This document shows positions 29,677 to 39,101 of a DNA stretch of 64,000 bases, in pieces; the first letter of the stretch is position 1; every line of letters begins with the position of its first letter. Source of the stretch: Spirochaetia bacterium (GTDB lineage: Bacteria > Spirochaetota > Spirochaetia > DSM-2461); assembly GCA_963668315.1 (NCBI GenBank), contig OY764216.1:2400001-2464000 (forward strand), written 5' to 3'. The notes below the pieces were generated by a model. It was not told the origin of the DNA. It searched no databases and saw only the letters and a list, made by a program, of their open reading frames with translations. The position numbers and the translations under genes were made by a program.

Positions 29677-31305
29677 TTAGAGCCCCAGAAGGTTGTCAAA
29701 ATAGGCTTTCCAGAAATCCACTTTCTCCGGGGAAACCCCGTCGTAGACTCCCATGTTGTCGCCCAGTTCCATCAGCGCGAAATCCACGCCGTCGCAGGCG
29801 GGCCATTCGGCCAGACCTTCACCGTTGGGATTGCCCGTCCTGGCGAAGTTGACCAGGTAATCGGACATCTGATCGCCGATCGCGTAATCCTCCTCTGTCC
29901 AGGGACGGGTGGGATCCTGGTAGAAGATATTGAGGAAGTAGGGAACGTCTCCCGTATGGAAGGCGCCTGCTTCGGGTACTTCTCCCGCCGCGGGCAGGGC
30001 GTGGGTGAAAATATCCAGATAAGTCGCCGAATCGCCGTGGATGGCCCGTGCCTTGGCCAGTTCGTAGATACGCACGTTCATCTGGTCATGGACAATGTCG
30101 TTCTTGAGCAGATAATCGGCTTCCTCGTCGCTGGATGCGGGATAGAGAGCCAGGAATTCATCGGCCATCTCACCGTATTCGTCCGCTGCCATCTGCTTAT
30201 ATTGATCCAGGGTGAAGGCGCCACGGGGACCGATGATGCTCGTATCGCCCGATACGCCGCCGGCCAGGAGAGGAACGTCGATCTGCGATCCCTCTTTATA
30301 CACGTCGACATCGGCGGCGGGAATGACGAATCCGTCAATAGTCGGTTTGGTCGGGAAGCCCGGAGGATTTCCGGGAGCCATGAAATGGTTGGCCAGGCCG
30401 GCCAGTTCTTCACCGTCCATGGCTCTGAGTTCTTCAAGGGAACTGACGCCCATATAATCCATCATCGTCTTTCCCAGATCTTCCTGCTCGGCCACGGTGG
30501 CCATGGCTCGCCTCCCCAGGGAATTGAGGGGGTTGGCGCTCTGTGCTACGGCTTTATGGAAGAGTCCCTCTGCCAGGGGCGAAATACTCAGAAGATGAAC
30601 CATGCGGGAACCGGCGGACTGTCCCATGATGGTGACGTTCCCCGGATCTCCGCCGAAGGCTGCGATATTGTTCTGCACCCACTCGAGGGAGGCAATCGCA
30701 TCAAGGACACCGTAGTTGCCGGATACATGCTGGGGAGACTCCTCGTCAAGCTCGGGGAGGCCGAGGAAACCGAATATTCCCAGACGGTAGTTAACCGATA
30801 CGTAAACCACATCCTTTTCGGCAATCCTATCGCCGAAATAGACTTCACAGGAGGAACCGCCCGAATTCAGACCGCCCCCGTGGAAGAAAACGATAACCGG
30901 TTTCTCTCCGTTATGGGAATCCGAATCGGACCATACATTAAGGGTAAGACAGTCTTCGCTGTAATTTTTATTACCGATGATAAACTCGGTCGACCACATC
31001 CTGTAGGGCTGCTGGGGCTGCTGCCAGGCGCTGTTCCCGAAGGTCTCGGCGGCCTTAACTCCTTCCCAGGGGGCAACGGGCCGGGGAGCCTTCCATCTGA
31101 GCTCTCCCACGGGAGGGGCGGCATAGGGGATTCCTCTGAACGCCACCACGGTGGAATTTTCCAGGGGGGCTCCGGATATTCTGCCGCTGTCCAGCTGGAC
31201 GACTTCGGACAGGGTGAAGGAATGGCTTTTTCCCATACTCGCACAGGAAAAGAGCAGCGCTCCCGTCGCTAAGAGTAGAAGGCAACTTTTCATCGCTTTT
31301 TTCAT
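29677..31305 (-). CDS. Carboxylesterase type B, lipoprotein
   Basis: Lipobox LLFSC; FRGIPYA, SEDCLTLN, HGGG, GQSAG, GAFHTGD. Confidence 0.9.
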   Translation of the reverse strand: MKKAMKSCLLLLATGALLFSCASMGKSHSFTLSEVVQLDSGRISGAPLENSTVVAFRGIPYAAPPVGELRWKAPRPVAPWEGVKAAETFGNSAWQQPQQPYRMWSTEFIIGNKNYSEDCLTLNVWSDSDSHNGEKPVIVFFHGGGLNSGGSSCEVYFGDRIAEKDVVYVSVNYRLGIFGFLGLPELDEESPQHVSGNYGVLDAIASLEWVQNNIAAFGGDPGNVTIMGQSAGSRMVHLLSISPLAEGLFHKAVAQSANPLNSLGRRAMATVAEQEDLGKTMMDYMGVSSLEELRAMDGEELAGLANHFMAPGNPPGFPTKPTIDGFVIPAADVDVYKEGSQIDVPLLAGGVSGDTSIIGPRGAFTLDQYKQMAADEYGEMADEFLALYPASSDEEADYLLKNDIVHDQMNVRIYELAKARAIHGDSATYLDIFTHALPAAGEVPEAGAFHTGDVPYFLNIFYQDPTRPWTEEDYAIGDQMSDYLVNFARTGNPNGEGLAEWPACDGVDFALMELGDNMGVYDGVSPEKVDFWKAYFDNLLGL

Positions 31306-31428
31306 GGATTTAATATCTCCTCGTTTGTTTCAGATCGAAATGAGCCTGATGGATCGTCAATGCAAACATCTCCGATCATGAGATTGTCCCCAGTATTTCG
31401 AAAGGGGTGCAAAAAAAAAATAGTTTTT

Positions 31429-31460
31429 GCACAACTCGTATTTTCCATCGCACAACTGGT
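31429..31460 (-). promoter_or_regulatory. LytTR-type direct-repeat operator
   Basis: GCACAACT at 31429 and 31450 (period 21); minus strand ACCAGTTGTGC/ACGAGTTGTGC. Confidence 0.6.
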
Positions 31461-31588
31461 CGGCTGGGAAAATTGTGGAAAATTACGAATGCGGATAGGA
31501 TTTAATAAAGCCGTTCCGGGATAGCCTCCCGTCCGTCAAGCATCATTGTATTATTCCGGAACATAAAGAAAAAGGAGGAATTTCTTTT

Positions 31589-32272
31589 ATGAAATTCAAT
31601 GTGAGGATATTACCTTTAGTTCTTATTTTAGCTGTTACCATGGCATTTTCCTTTGTATCCTGTTCTTCCGATGACAAGAAGGAAGTGGTAAAGGAAGAAG
31701 TGAGCACCGTTGATCTGAACGAGAACGTTACTTCCGTATACGGGTCTTTCACTGCCCACTGGGGATTTGACGAGCTGTCCCCCGTTTTCGCCGAGCAGTT
31801 CACGGCCATGGAAACGGAAGACACCATGTGGCAGGACAGCACTCTACTTCTTACTCCCGTAGAAGCCGGCGCTCCCCGTGCCGCCGAGAGCGAGTACCAG
31901 TGGACCGAAGGCGATCATTACACCCTCGTAAAGAATCTGTACGCTTCCGGTTCCGGTATGTACATCTGGCAGCAGTTTACCGGTAAATTTACCAACGACG
32001 GCCGCAAGATCACTCTTGACACTCCCGAATACTACAGTTATTACACCTTCTTCGGAAAGTCCAGCGGTATGCATATCGATCAGGTGGCAGCCGGTGTTTT
32101 CACCGATGAAGAGGTAGGCAACAAGGTCGGAGGAAGAGCGGGCAACCATATCGATAACTTCGATACATGGCTGGCCGACTATCATAATTCCGCCGGTTCC
32201 GCCCCCATGGTCGTTGTGCTTGATATGAACACAAAAACCTTCGGATACTATAATCCTGACGACGACGAATAA
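31589..32272 (+). CDS. Uncharacterised lipoprotein
   Basis: RBS AGGAGG; lipobox FSFVSC; aromatic beta-rich body. Confidence 0.8.
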   Translation: MKFNVRILPLVLILAVTMAFSFVSCSSDDKKEVVKEEVSTVDLNENVTSVYGSFTAHWGFDELSPVFAEQFTAMETEDTMWQDSTLLLTPVEAGAPRAAESEYQWTEGDHYTLVKNLYASGSGMYIWQQFTGKFTNDGRKITLDTPEYYSYYTFFGKSSGMHIDQVAAGVFTDEEVGNKVGGRAGNHIDNFDTWLADYHNSAGSAPMVVVLDMNTKTFGYYNPDDDE

Positions 32273-32299
32273 AACGACATTATAGATAGTAGATATGGG

Positions 32300-32328
32300 A
32301 CAGAGCGATTATTCTTATAATCGCTCTG
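32300..32328. other. Intercistronic hairpin
   Basis: CAGAGCGATTA-TTCTTA-TAATCGCTCTG. Confidence 0.55.
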
Positions 32329-32362
32329 CTTGTGTTATGAGAGACTTAGTGAGGATAGGATC

Positions 32363-35275
32363 TTGAATATTAAAAAGGCAAACTTATATGTCATAACCGC
32401 TTATGCTGTTGTATTTCTGGCTATGACGATCGCGGCCAATGTCGTGATCAACCATTGGAGCGGGGCGCTGGAAGTGTACTTCGGGCGTATCGGTTCCACC
32501 GGAATATCGGATTTTGAAACGGAATATGCCACCGATGAGGAGCTGCTTCAGGCGGAAATCGACGGGGCCGTTCAAATCGTTGAGGAAGGGGCCACCCTTC
32601 TTAAGAATGAGGGAGGCGCCCTGCCCCTGGCGGCAGGGACGAATGTGAGCCTCTTCAGCCAGAGCAGCGTTGACTGGATAGGCGGGAACGTCGCCGGTTC
32701 CGATACGGCCGAATCGGTCGTCACCCTTAAGGATGTTCTGGAAGAGGAAGGAATCAACGTCAACTCAACTTTGTGGGATTTCTACAAATCCACCGGTAAC
32801 CGCAGGGATCCGGGCGGTAACAACGGCTACGGGCTGCATGAAGCCGATTGGGCGACCGTCAGCAGCGCCGCTTCCTCATCCTTTTCTTCCTACCATGATG
32901 CGGCCATCGTCGTATTCTCCCGTGTGAATACGGAAGGCTCCGACCAGGCGACGGACATGTCCCGCTGGGACGGCGAAGCCGGCGATATTTATATGAAGCT
33001 GAGCGCCACCGAACGGGGGCTGCTCAAAGGGATAAAAGAAGCCGGTTTCGGGAAAATCATTGTTCTCATCAACAGCGCCGTTCCCCTTCAGCTGGATTTT
33101 ATGCAGGACGAATCCTACGGCATCAGCGCCGCTCTTCTCTGCTCCGCCACGGGAAATAACGGCTTAACCGGACTGGGCAAGGTCATCGCCGGTATCGCCA
33201 ATCCTTCCGGTCATCTGGTTGATACTTATGTGTACGATAACTACTCCGCTCCGGCCACCCAGAACCTGGGGGATAACCGCTATGTGAACGCCGCGGGTGA
33301 AGTGATGGAATACAGCTACCTGAATTACGCTGAAAACATCTACGTCGGTTACAGATACTTCGAGACCCGTTACGAAGACAAAATTAAGGGCAGAGATAAT
33401 GTGGGCGACTACGATTACTCTTCCACCGTCGCTTTCCCCTTCGGATACGGTATGAGCTATACCACCTTTGACTGGACCGATTATACGATGACCTCCGAGG
33501 GATCCCATATCACTGTTTCCGTGAAGGTTACGAATACGGGAAATATCGCCGGCAAGGACGTGGTGGCTATCTACTTTCAGTCTCCCTACACCGATTACGA
33601 TATAGTCAACGGTGTGGAAAAGGCTTCCGTCGTTCTGGCCGCCTTTGACAAGACCAATCTCCTCAGCCCCGGCGAAAGTCAGGAAGTCGTCATGTCCTTC
33701 AATGCGGAGACCGTGATGAAGTCCTACGATTCCGAGGGAGCCAAGGGTTATATTCTCGAAGAGGGTGATTACTGCATAACCGCGGCACAGGATGCTCACG
33801 CCGCCGTGAATAACATTCTTGCCTTCAATGGCTTTACCGATCTTCAGGCTGCCGGCGAGACTCCTCTCGTTTATGACGCCGATAAGGTCGCCGTTTACAA
33901 GGTGGCTTCCTTTACGCACGTAGGTGAAGATGAAGTAACCGGAACCTCTGTTTCCAATCAGTTCGATTACGCCCGCGTTACCGACGATGAGTATCTCACC
34001 AGAAATAACTGGTCCATGATGGATAATAACGGATTGGATTATTCTACTGGGACTCAGACGGTCGACTATTATATTCTGCCCTCCTGTGCCGATGCCCAGG
34101 GAACAGTGGGAACCCATCCCATGAACGATGAGCTTCTGGCAAACCTTCAGGCTGTCGGCTGGGACGCTTCCGGCAGACCCGCCTCCGAAAAGAATGATTC
34201 TCCCGCTGTCATCAACTCCGATGATTCCGACGAGAGCGAGCTTACCCTCGTTCAGCTGAGAGGCGCTCCCTACGAAGACGAACGGTGGCAGATTCTTATC
34301 GAGCAGTTGAAAGTCAGTGAAATCCACGGCCTTTTCAATCAGGCCGGATGGTCCACGAAGCCTATCGAAAGCATCCAGATGCCCGGAACTTCCTGTAATG
34401 ACGGCCCGACCGGCCTCGGGAACTTCGTGAGCGGATGGACCAGTTACCGCTGGCCCTGCGAAACGCTTATCGCTTCCACTTGGAATACCGATATGGCCTA
34501 TCTTATGGGTTCCTTCGTTGGTGAGGACGGACTCAGAACCGGTGTCGCCGGTTGGTATGCTCCCGCAATGAACCTTCACAGAACGGCTTTCGGAGGACGG
34601 GCTTCGGAGTACTATTCCGAAGATCCTCTTCTTTCCGGATATATGGGCGCCAATACGGTCAGCGGCGCACAGGAGAAGGGCCTATTCACCTTTATCAAGC
34701 ACTTCGCGGTGAATGAACAGGATATCAACCGCGGGGATATTTCCATGTGGTCCACGGAGCAGGCCATGAGAGAACTCTATTTCAAACCCTTTGAAATCAC
34801 CGTGAAAGAAGGCCGCGCTTTGGGTGTCATGGATTCCCAGACCCGTCTCGGATACCGGTTCTGCAAGGGTAACTATGACCTTCTGACCACCGTTCTCCGT
34901 AATGAGTGGGGATTCCAGGGTACGGTCGTTACCGACTATACCAGCGACGGCGGCGCCATGGCGGAACAGTGTCTGGCTGCCGGTACGGATCTGATGCTCA
35001 GTTCTGCCGCTCTCCGGGTCCCCGATACCAAGGCTGACTATATCCGCCATGCTCTGCAGGACGCGGCATTCCACACGGCCTATGTCGTATCAAACAGCAG
35101 TCTGATGAACGGTCTGGCCGGAGGCGCCTCCTACAGCGCGGGCTTCCCCGTTTACGTGCTGATCCTGATCATCGTTGATGTTGTAATGGGGCTTATCATT
35201 ATACTCGCTGAGTTCTTTGCATGGCGCAGTTATCTGAAGGATAGGAAAAATACCGGGAAGGGGGCAAAGGCATGA
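32363..35275 (+). CDS. GH3 beta-glycosidase, permuted domain order, N- and C-terminal TM
   Basis: EGATLLKN first, then YAENIYVGYRYFETRY and Fn3, then DGP, YYSEDP, KHFA, VVTDY; TTG start inferred. Confidence 0.9.
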   Translation: MNIKKANLYVITAYAVVFLAMTIAANVVINHWSGALEVYFGRIGSTGISDFETEYATDEELLQAEIDGAVQIVEEGATLLKNEGGALPLAAGTNVSLFSQSSVDWIGGNVAGSDTAESVVTLKDVLEEEGINVNSTLWDFYKSTGNRRDPGGNNGYGLHEADWATVSSAASSSFSSYHDAAIVVFSRVNTEGSDQATDMSRWDGEAGDIYMKLSATERGLLKGIKEAGFGKIIVLINSAVPLQLDFMQDESYGISAALLCSATGNNGLTGLGKVIAGIANPSGHLVDTYVYDNYSAPATQNLGDNRYVNAAGEVMEYSYLNYAENIYVGYRYFETRYEDKIKGRDNVGDYDYSSTVAFPFGYGMSYTTFDWTDYTMTSEGSHITVSVKVTNTGNIAGKDVVAIYFQSPYTDYDIVNGVEKASVVLAAFDKTNLLSPGESQEVVMSFNAETVMKSYDSEGAKGYILEEGDYCITAAQDAHAAVNNILAFNGFTDLQAAGETPLVYDADKVAVYKVASFTHVGEDEVTGTSVSNQFDYARVTDDEYLTRNNWSMMDNNGLDYSTGTQTVDYYILPSCADAQGTVGTHPMNDELLANLQAVGWDASGRPASEKNDSPAVINSDDSDESELTLVQLRGAPYEDERWQILIEQLKVSEIHGLFNQAGWSTKPIESIQMPGTSCNDGPTGLGNFVSGWTSYRWPCETLIASTWNTDMAYLMGSFVGEDGLRTGVAGWYAPAMNLHRTAFGGRASEYYSEDPLLSGYMGANTVSGAQEKGLFTFIKHFAVNEQDINRGDISMWSTEQAMRELYFKPFEITVKEGRALGVMDSQTRLGYRFCKGNYDLLTTVLRNEWGFQGTVVTDYTSDGGAMAEQCLAAGTDLMLSSAALRVPDTKADYIRHALQDAAFHTAYVVSNSSLMNGLAGGASYSAGFPVYVLILIIVDVVMGLIIILAEFFAWRSYLKDRKNTGKGAKA

Positions 35276-35547
35276 AGGATAAACTGAATCTCTCTACGGC
35301 GGCATTGGCGCTGAGTATCATCGGCGGAATACTGGTCGCCTGTAAACTGCTGATTGTCGGACTTGTTCTGGCGGTCATCGGGCTGGTCCTTTCCATTGTG
35401 GGCTTTGTCAGAAGAGGCGAAATGTCCATTAATGTGTATCTGGCCTACTGGTGCATGATCGCCTGTATCACCATTCTCTTTCTGAGCGGGCTCGGTGCCA
35501 CCGGGTACACCGTTTACGATATGATTATGGGACATGATGTTAATTAA
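35272..35547 (+). CDS. Small integral membrane protein (91 aa)
   Basis: Hydrophobic helices; ATGA overlap with the GH3 gene. Confidence 0.75.
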   Translation: MKDKLNLSTAALALSIIGGILVACKLLIVGLVLAVIGLVLSIVGFVRRGEMSINVYLAYWCMIACITILFLSGLGATGYTVYDMIMGHDVN

Positions 35548-35550
35548 AGA

Positions 35551-36781
35551 TAATGTTCTAATTCTTTGACATATAAAAGAGGAACCTTTGGGATTCCGGT
35601 AAAAAATAGCCTCCTTCTTTTTTGAGTGCAATTAAGAAGGAGGCTATTTTGTCAGAACAGCTTTACTGTCCCAATCCCCGGTGCCGGAATCATAACCATC
35701 TCCTGGAGGACGATTCCTGGATGCGAAAAAAAGGATTTGTCATGACCAAGAGGGATGGAAAAGTCCAGCGTTATCAGTGCAAAGAATGCCTGGTGACCTT
35801 CTCTCTATCTTATTTCTCTATAGACTATTATGCTCATAAAAATTTATCCTATCCCAAGCTCCTTAATCATCTGGTCAGCGGATCGGGAATCAGGGATATG
35901 GCGCGGGCCATGAAATACTCTCCCTGCCTCATCTCCAATCGTATCCGGCGCCTATCGGAACGGGTTACTGCTTTCTGTGCGAAGGAGATTCATGATCTGG
36001 AACTGCGTGAATCGGTGGCGGCCGACGGCCTGGAGAACTTCATTCTCTCCCAATACTTTCCGACCAACGTGAATGTTCTGGTGGGACAAAGATCACAGTT
36101 TATCTATACCTTCAATGCGCTCCACTTTAAACGTAAAGGTATTTGTACTGACGAGCAGAAAAAGAAGAAGGCGGAACTCTATGAATCGGCCCGCTTTGAG
36201 AAAGGAGCCGCTTCCCGGCGATTCAGGGAAATCCTGGATTTCCTCTCGGAAAAGGCGGAGTCATCATCTTTAAAATCTTTCATTCTGGATACCGATGAAC
36301 ATCCTGTCTATCGATATCAGTTTGATCACCATGAATCCCTTTCTTGTAAGATTTCTCACCGTACCACCAACTCCCAAGTTGAACGAAATTATCAGAATAA
36401 GTTATTTTCCTGTAACTATATAGATAGACAAATCAGAAAAGATCTGGCCGAGTATGTCCGGGAGACGGTCCAGTTCGGGAGAAACATGAATAACAGCATG
36501 GACCGGTTTAACTGCTATTGTTTCTGGCATAATTATCTGAAGCCTTACAGGATTAACCGGAAGAAAAGGAAATACGAATATCATAGCCTGGCGGCAGGAT
36601 TCGCATTGGATCAGATCAAGGATACGGTTCAAGATGTTTTTTATGGGATCAGGAAGAAGGATGAGGATTTTATTGAATATCTCACTGATTATCAGAAGGC
36701 TCACTGGAATAGAGATCTGGTTAATCCGTTGAACAGAAAGGCTGTATGATATGAACGGAATGTCAAAGCATGAGAACATTA
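35551..36781 (+). mobile_element. IS1-like insertion sequence, copy B (1231 bp)
   Basis: Inverted repeats at 35551-35572 and 36760-36781 (20/22), same consensus and spacing as copy A. Confidence 0.8.
35649..36749 (+). CDS. IS1-like transposase, 366 aa
   Basis: Ungapped paralog of 6216..7316; TTG start after AGGAGG gives identical length. Confidence 0.75.
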   Translation: MSEQLYCPNPRCRNHNHLLEDDSWMRKKGFVMTKRDGKVQRYQCKECLVTFSLSYFSIDYYAHKNLSYPKLLNHLVSGSGIRDMARAMKYSPCLISNRIRRLSERVTAFCAKEIHDLELRESVAADGLENFILSQYFPTNVNVLVGQRSQFIYTFNALHFKRKGICTDEQKKKKAELYESARFEKGAASRRFREILDFLSEKAESSSLKSFILDTDEHPVYRYQFDHHESLSCKISHRTTNSQVERNYQNKLFSCNYIDRQIRKDLAEYVRETVQFGRNMNNSMDRFNCYCFWHNYLKPYRINRKKRKYEYHSLAAGFALDQIKDTVQDVFYGIRKKDEDFIEYLTDYQKAHWNRDLVNPLNRKAV

Positions 36782-38095
36782 AGATACGGGAAGAAGAATA
36801 TCTATCCTGAACAATCCGTCCTTCTGGGACATGCGAAAGTTCCCCCGGTATTTTTCCACCGTATAGACGATATTTTTCATACCGAATCCGTGTTCGTCAC
36901 GGTTGTCTTTCTGGGTCAGGGGAAGCCCGTTTTCGAAGTGAAGTTCCCCGGTGCATACATTGATCAGGCAGAGACTTACCAGATCGGCCCTTCGCGCCAT
37001 GTTAAGGGTAATCACCTTTTTTTCGCTGCTTTTCTCCCTTTCGACGGCTTCAATGGCGTTGTCCAGGGCATTTCCCAGAAGGGAATAGACATCGACCGGT
37101 TTCATGAAATCAAGACAGGCTCCGTCTATGATGCAGGAAAAGTCGATTTCCAATCTGTCGCAGAGAAAACTTTTTTCCGTCAGTATGGTATCCAGCGTTG
37201 TATTTCCCGTATTGAAATTTTTATCATAGAGTCCGATCGCTTTTTCCAGATCGTTTAAGCTCTCATCTCTCTGTTCATGGTTCATCTCGCGCATGGCGGC
37301 CAGCTGATATTTCAGATCGTGGAATTTGCGGTTGAGCAGATCTATATTCTGGGTTGAATTCTGTCTCTGCCTGTTTACATCGACGAGAAGGCTTTCCATA
37401 ATCTGTTTGTCACTCAGCAGTTTTCTTCTTTCCAGCATGCCGAACTGGATAATCAGAAGCAGAAGGCAGACGACGACAAGGTAAAATATGGATCCCAGGT
37501 TGCCCATTCCGTGTCCAAAAATATACATGTTCCACGCATTAATCATGACAAGAACAGAGAAAACGAACAGACTGATCTGTTTGTTGTTAACCATGTTCAT
37601 CTCATCCTTCCGGACGATTTTCCGAAGGGAAAAGTTCGTATAGGCAAAGAGGAGCAGAGCCAGCAAAAGACTTATCGTATTGGCCAGGAGGGAACTGCGG
37701 TCCCCATCAAAAAGAAGCCAGGAGAGAAGCTCCATGCATCCGTACCTCAAATGCTGGATGATATAGGCCGCGCTTGCATAGAAGAGAGCCTGTTTGACAT
37801 TCAGGCTGAAAGACCAGAAGATAATCAGCATGGCAAAGATAAAATAGAGAAGATAACCGGCGTAGAACCAGCTGTCGGCGATACGGAAGAACGGTTCGTA
37901 AAGAAATGACTTCCTTATGGGAAACATGAATGTCCAGATGAAGGGCAGTATCAGGTAGCTGACAAGCCCCGTCGCTAATTTCACTCTGCCGTGTGATCTG
38001 AAAGGGTGAAGACGGCAGAAAATGAGAGCTCCCCCCATAAGCATTACCTCGAAACTGCTGATCCATACGCAAAAACGAATATATAGGTCCGACAA
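36779..38095 (-). CDS. Multi-TM GHKL sensor kinase (AgrC-like)
   Basis: Several TMs, FHDLKYQ, GNALDNAIEA, HGFGMKNI. Confidence 0.9.
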   Translation of the reverse strand: MSDLYIRFCVWISSFEVMLMGGALIFCRLHPFRSHGRVKLATGLVSYLILPFIWTFMFPIRKSFLYEPFFRIADSWFYAGYLLYFIFAMLIIFWSFSLNVKQALFYASAAYIIQHLRYGCMELLSWLLFDGDRSSLLANTISLLLALLLFAYTNFSLRKIVRKDEMNMVNNKQISLFVFSVLVMINAWNMYIFGHGMGNLGSIFYLVVVCLLLLIIQFGMLERRKLLSDKQIMESLLVDVNRQRQNSTQNIDLLNRKFHDLKYQLAAMREMNHEQRDESLNDLEKAIGLYDKNFNTGNTTLDTILTEKSFLCDRLEIDFSCIIDGACLDFMKPVDVYSLLGNALDNAIEAVEREKSSEKKVITLNMARRADLVSLCLINVCTGELHFENGLPLTQKDNRDEHGFGMKNIVYTVEKYRGNFRMSQKDGLFRIDILLPVS

Positions 38096-38128
38096 AATCC
38101 CTGCCCCTTATTACGATAATTCTGTAAG

Positions 38129-38839
38129 TTAATAACGCATGCCCTGCATGTATTCCATTATTGTGTTTATAAACTCTTTCTTTTTGGCACGGCTGATTTT
38201 CAGGTTCTCTCCGTTTACGAATACATAGTCATCCTGAATGGCCGAAACATATTTTATATTGACAAGATAGCAGGAATTGCACCGGGAAAATCCGGCTTTC
38301 CCCAGATTATTTTCCGCTTCCGTCATGGTGCCCCATACGGTGTAATTACCGTGAGTCGTGTAATAGACAAGCTGGTGCTTGATGACTTCGATATAATAGA
38401 TTTCCGAAATATCAATAATTTTAAGACCATTATTCACTTTCAGATTGATTTTCTGGGGTTTTCTTTTTTCGGAAATCTCTATGGCCCTTAGGAGCCGCAT
38501 CTTCAGGGCTTCATAGTTTACCGGTTTAACCATATAATCCATCGCATCAACCTCGTAGCCCTTGATGGCATACTGAGCCAGTTCGGTGATGAATATCAGA
38601 ACGGGATTTTTGTGATCTGCGCGGTAAATTTTCGCCGTTTCCAGACCATTCATAAGAGGCATATCTATATCCATCAGGACGATGTCATGCTCGGAGGATC
38701 TATCGTCCAGAAAGCTTTTTCCGTTTACATAACAGGAAATCTCCAGGGGGATGGCGTATTCTTCCTGAAAACTTTTGAGAAGATCTTTGAGCGTTTCGGT
38801 GAATTTAGGATTATCTTCTACGATGGCAATAACGGTCAT
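38129..38839 (-). CDS. LytTR-family response regulator
   Basis: IVED, MDIDMP, YMVKP; IYYIEV, FSRCNSCYLVN, ISRAKKK. Confidence 0.92.
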   Translation of the reverse strand: MTVIAIVEDNPKFTETLKDLLKSFQEEYAIPLEISCYVNGKSFLDDRSSEHDIVLMDIDMPLMNGLETAKIYRADHKNPVLIFITELAQYAIKGYEVDAMDYMVKPVNYEALKMRLLRAIEISEKRKPQKINLKVNNGLKIIDISEIYYIEVIKHQLVYYTTHGNYTVWGTMTEAENNLGKAGFSRCNSCYLVNIKYVSAIQDDYVFVNGENLKISRAKKKEFINTIMEYMQGMRY

Positions 38840-38922
38840 TTCAGATAAACACAGTATAGAGATTTTTTTCCGGTTCGGAAATATTCAATCCGTTGACTTT
38901 CTGCAATTTTGTTGTGATTTCT

Positions 38923-39058
38923 TAATGTTCTCAATTATTGACATCCCGATTCAGAGTGCAGTCAGGAGATAATTATCCCGGTCTTCCCCGAGCGTTCCCG
39001 CCGTTCTGTGCCTCTTTCAAGGGAAATACTCTGCCCATGTCAAACATCGAGAACACGG
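38923..39058. mobile_element. Non-autonomous 136-bp mini-element (MITE-like) of the same IS family
   Basis: TAATGTTCTCAATTATTGACAT (38923-38944) and inverted ATGTCAAACATCGAGAACACGG (39037-39058); no ORF inside. Confidence 0.65.
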
Positions 39059-39101
39059 GGGAGCCGAAACGCACCGCTTAGACCCCCGTGTTTCCGGGAA
39101 A

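Noticed and set aside
31411..31420. A10 homopolymer as a phase-variable tract
   Set aside because: It lies in a promoter region, but a single sequence gives no evidence of length variation
35622..35648. Longer N-termini given by the ORF track (also 7382, 11719, 21735, 42959, 50219, 51723, 52445)
   Set aside because: Downstream starts have better RBSs, gene overlaps or paralog-matched lengths
6183..39058. The 22-bp repeats as integron attC, dif/Xer sites or CRISPR repeats
   Set aside because: No RYYYAAC/GTTRRRY hairpins, no XerD arm match, no direct-repeat array, and no integrase or cas genes; they occur as inverted pairs at fixed distances from transposases
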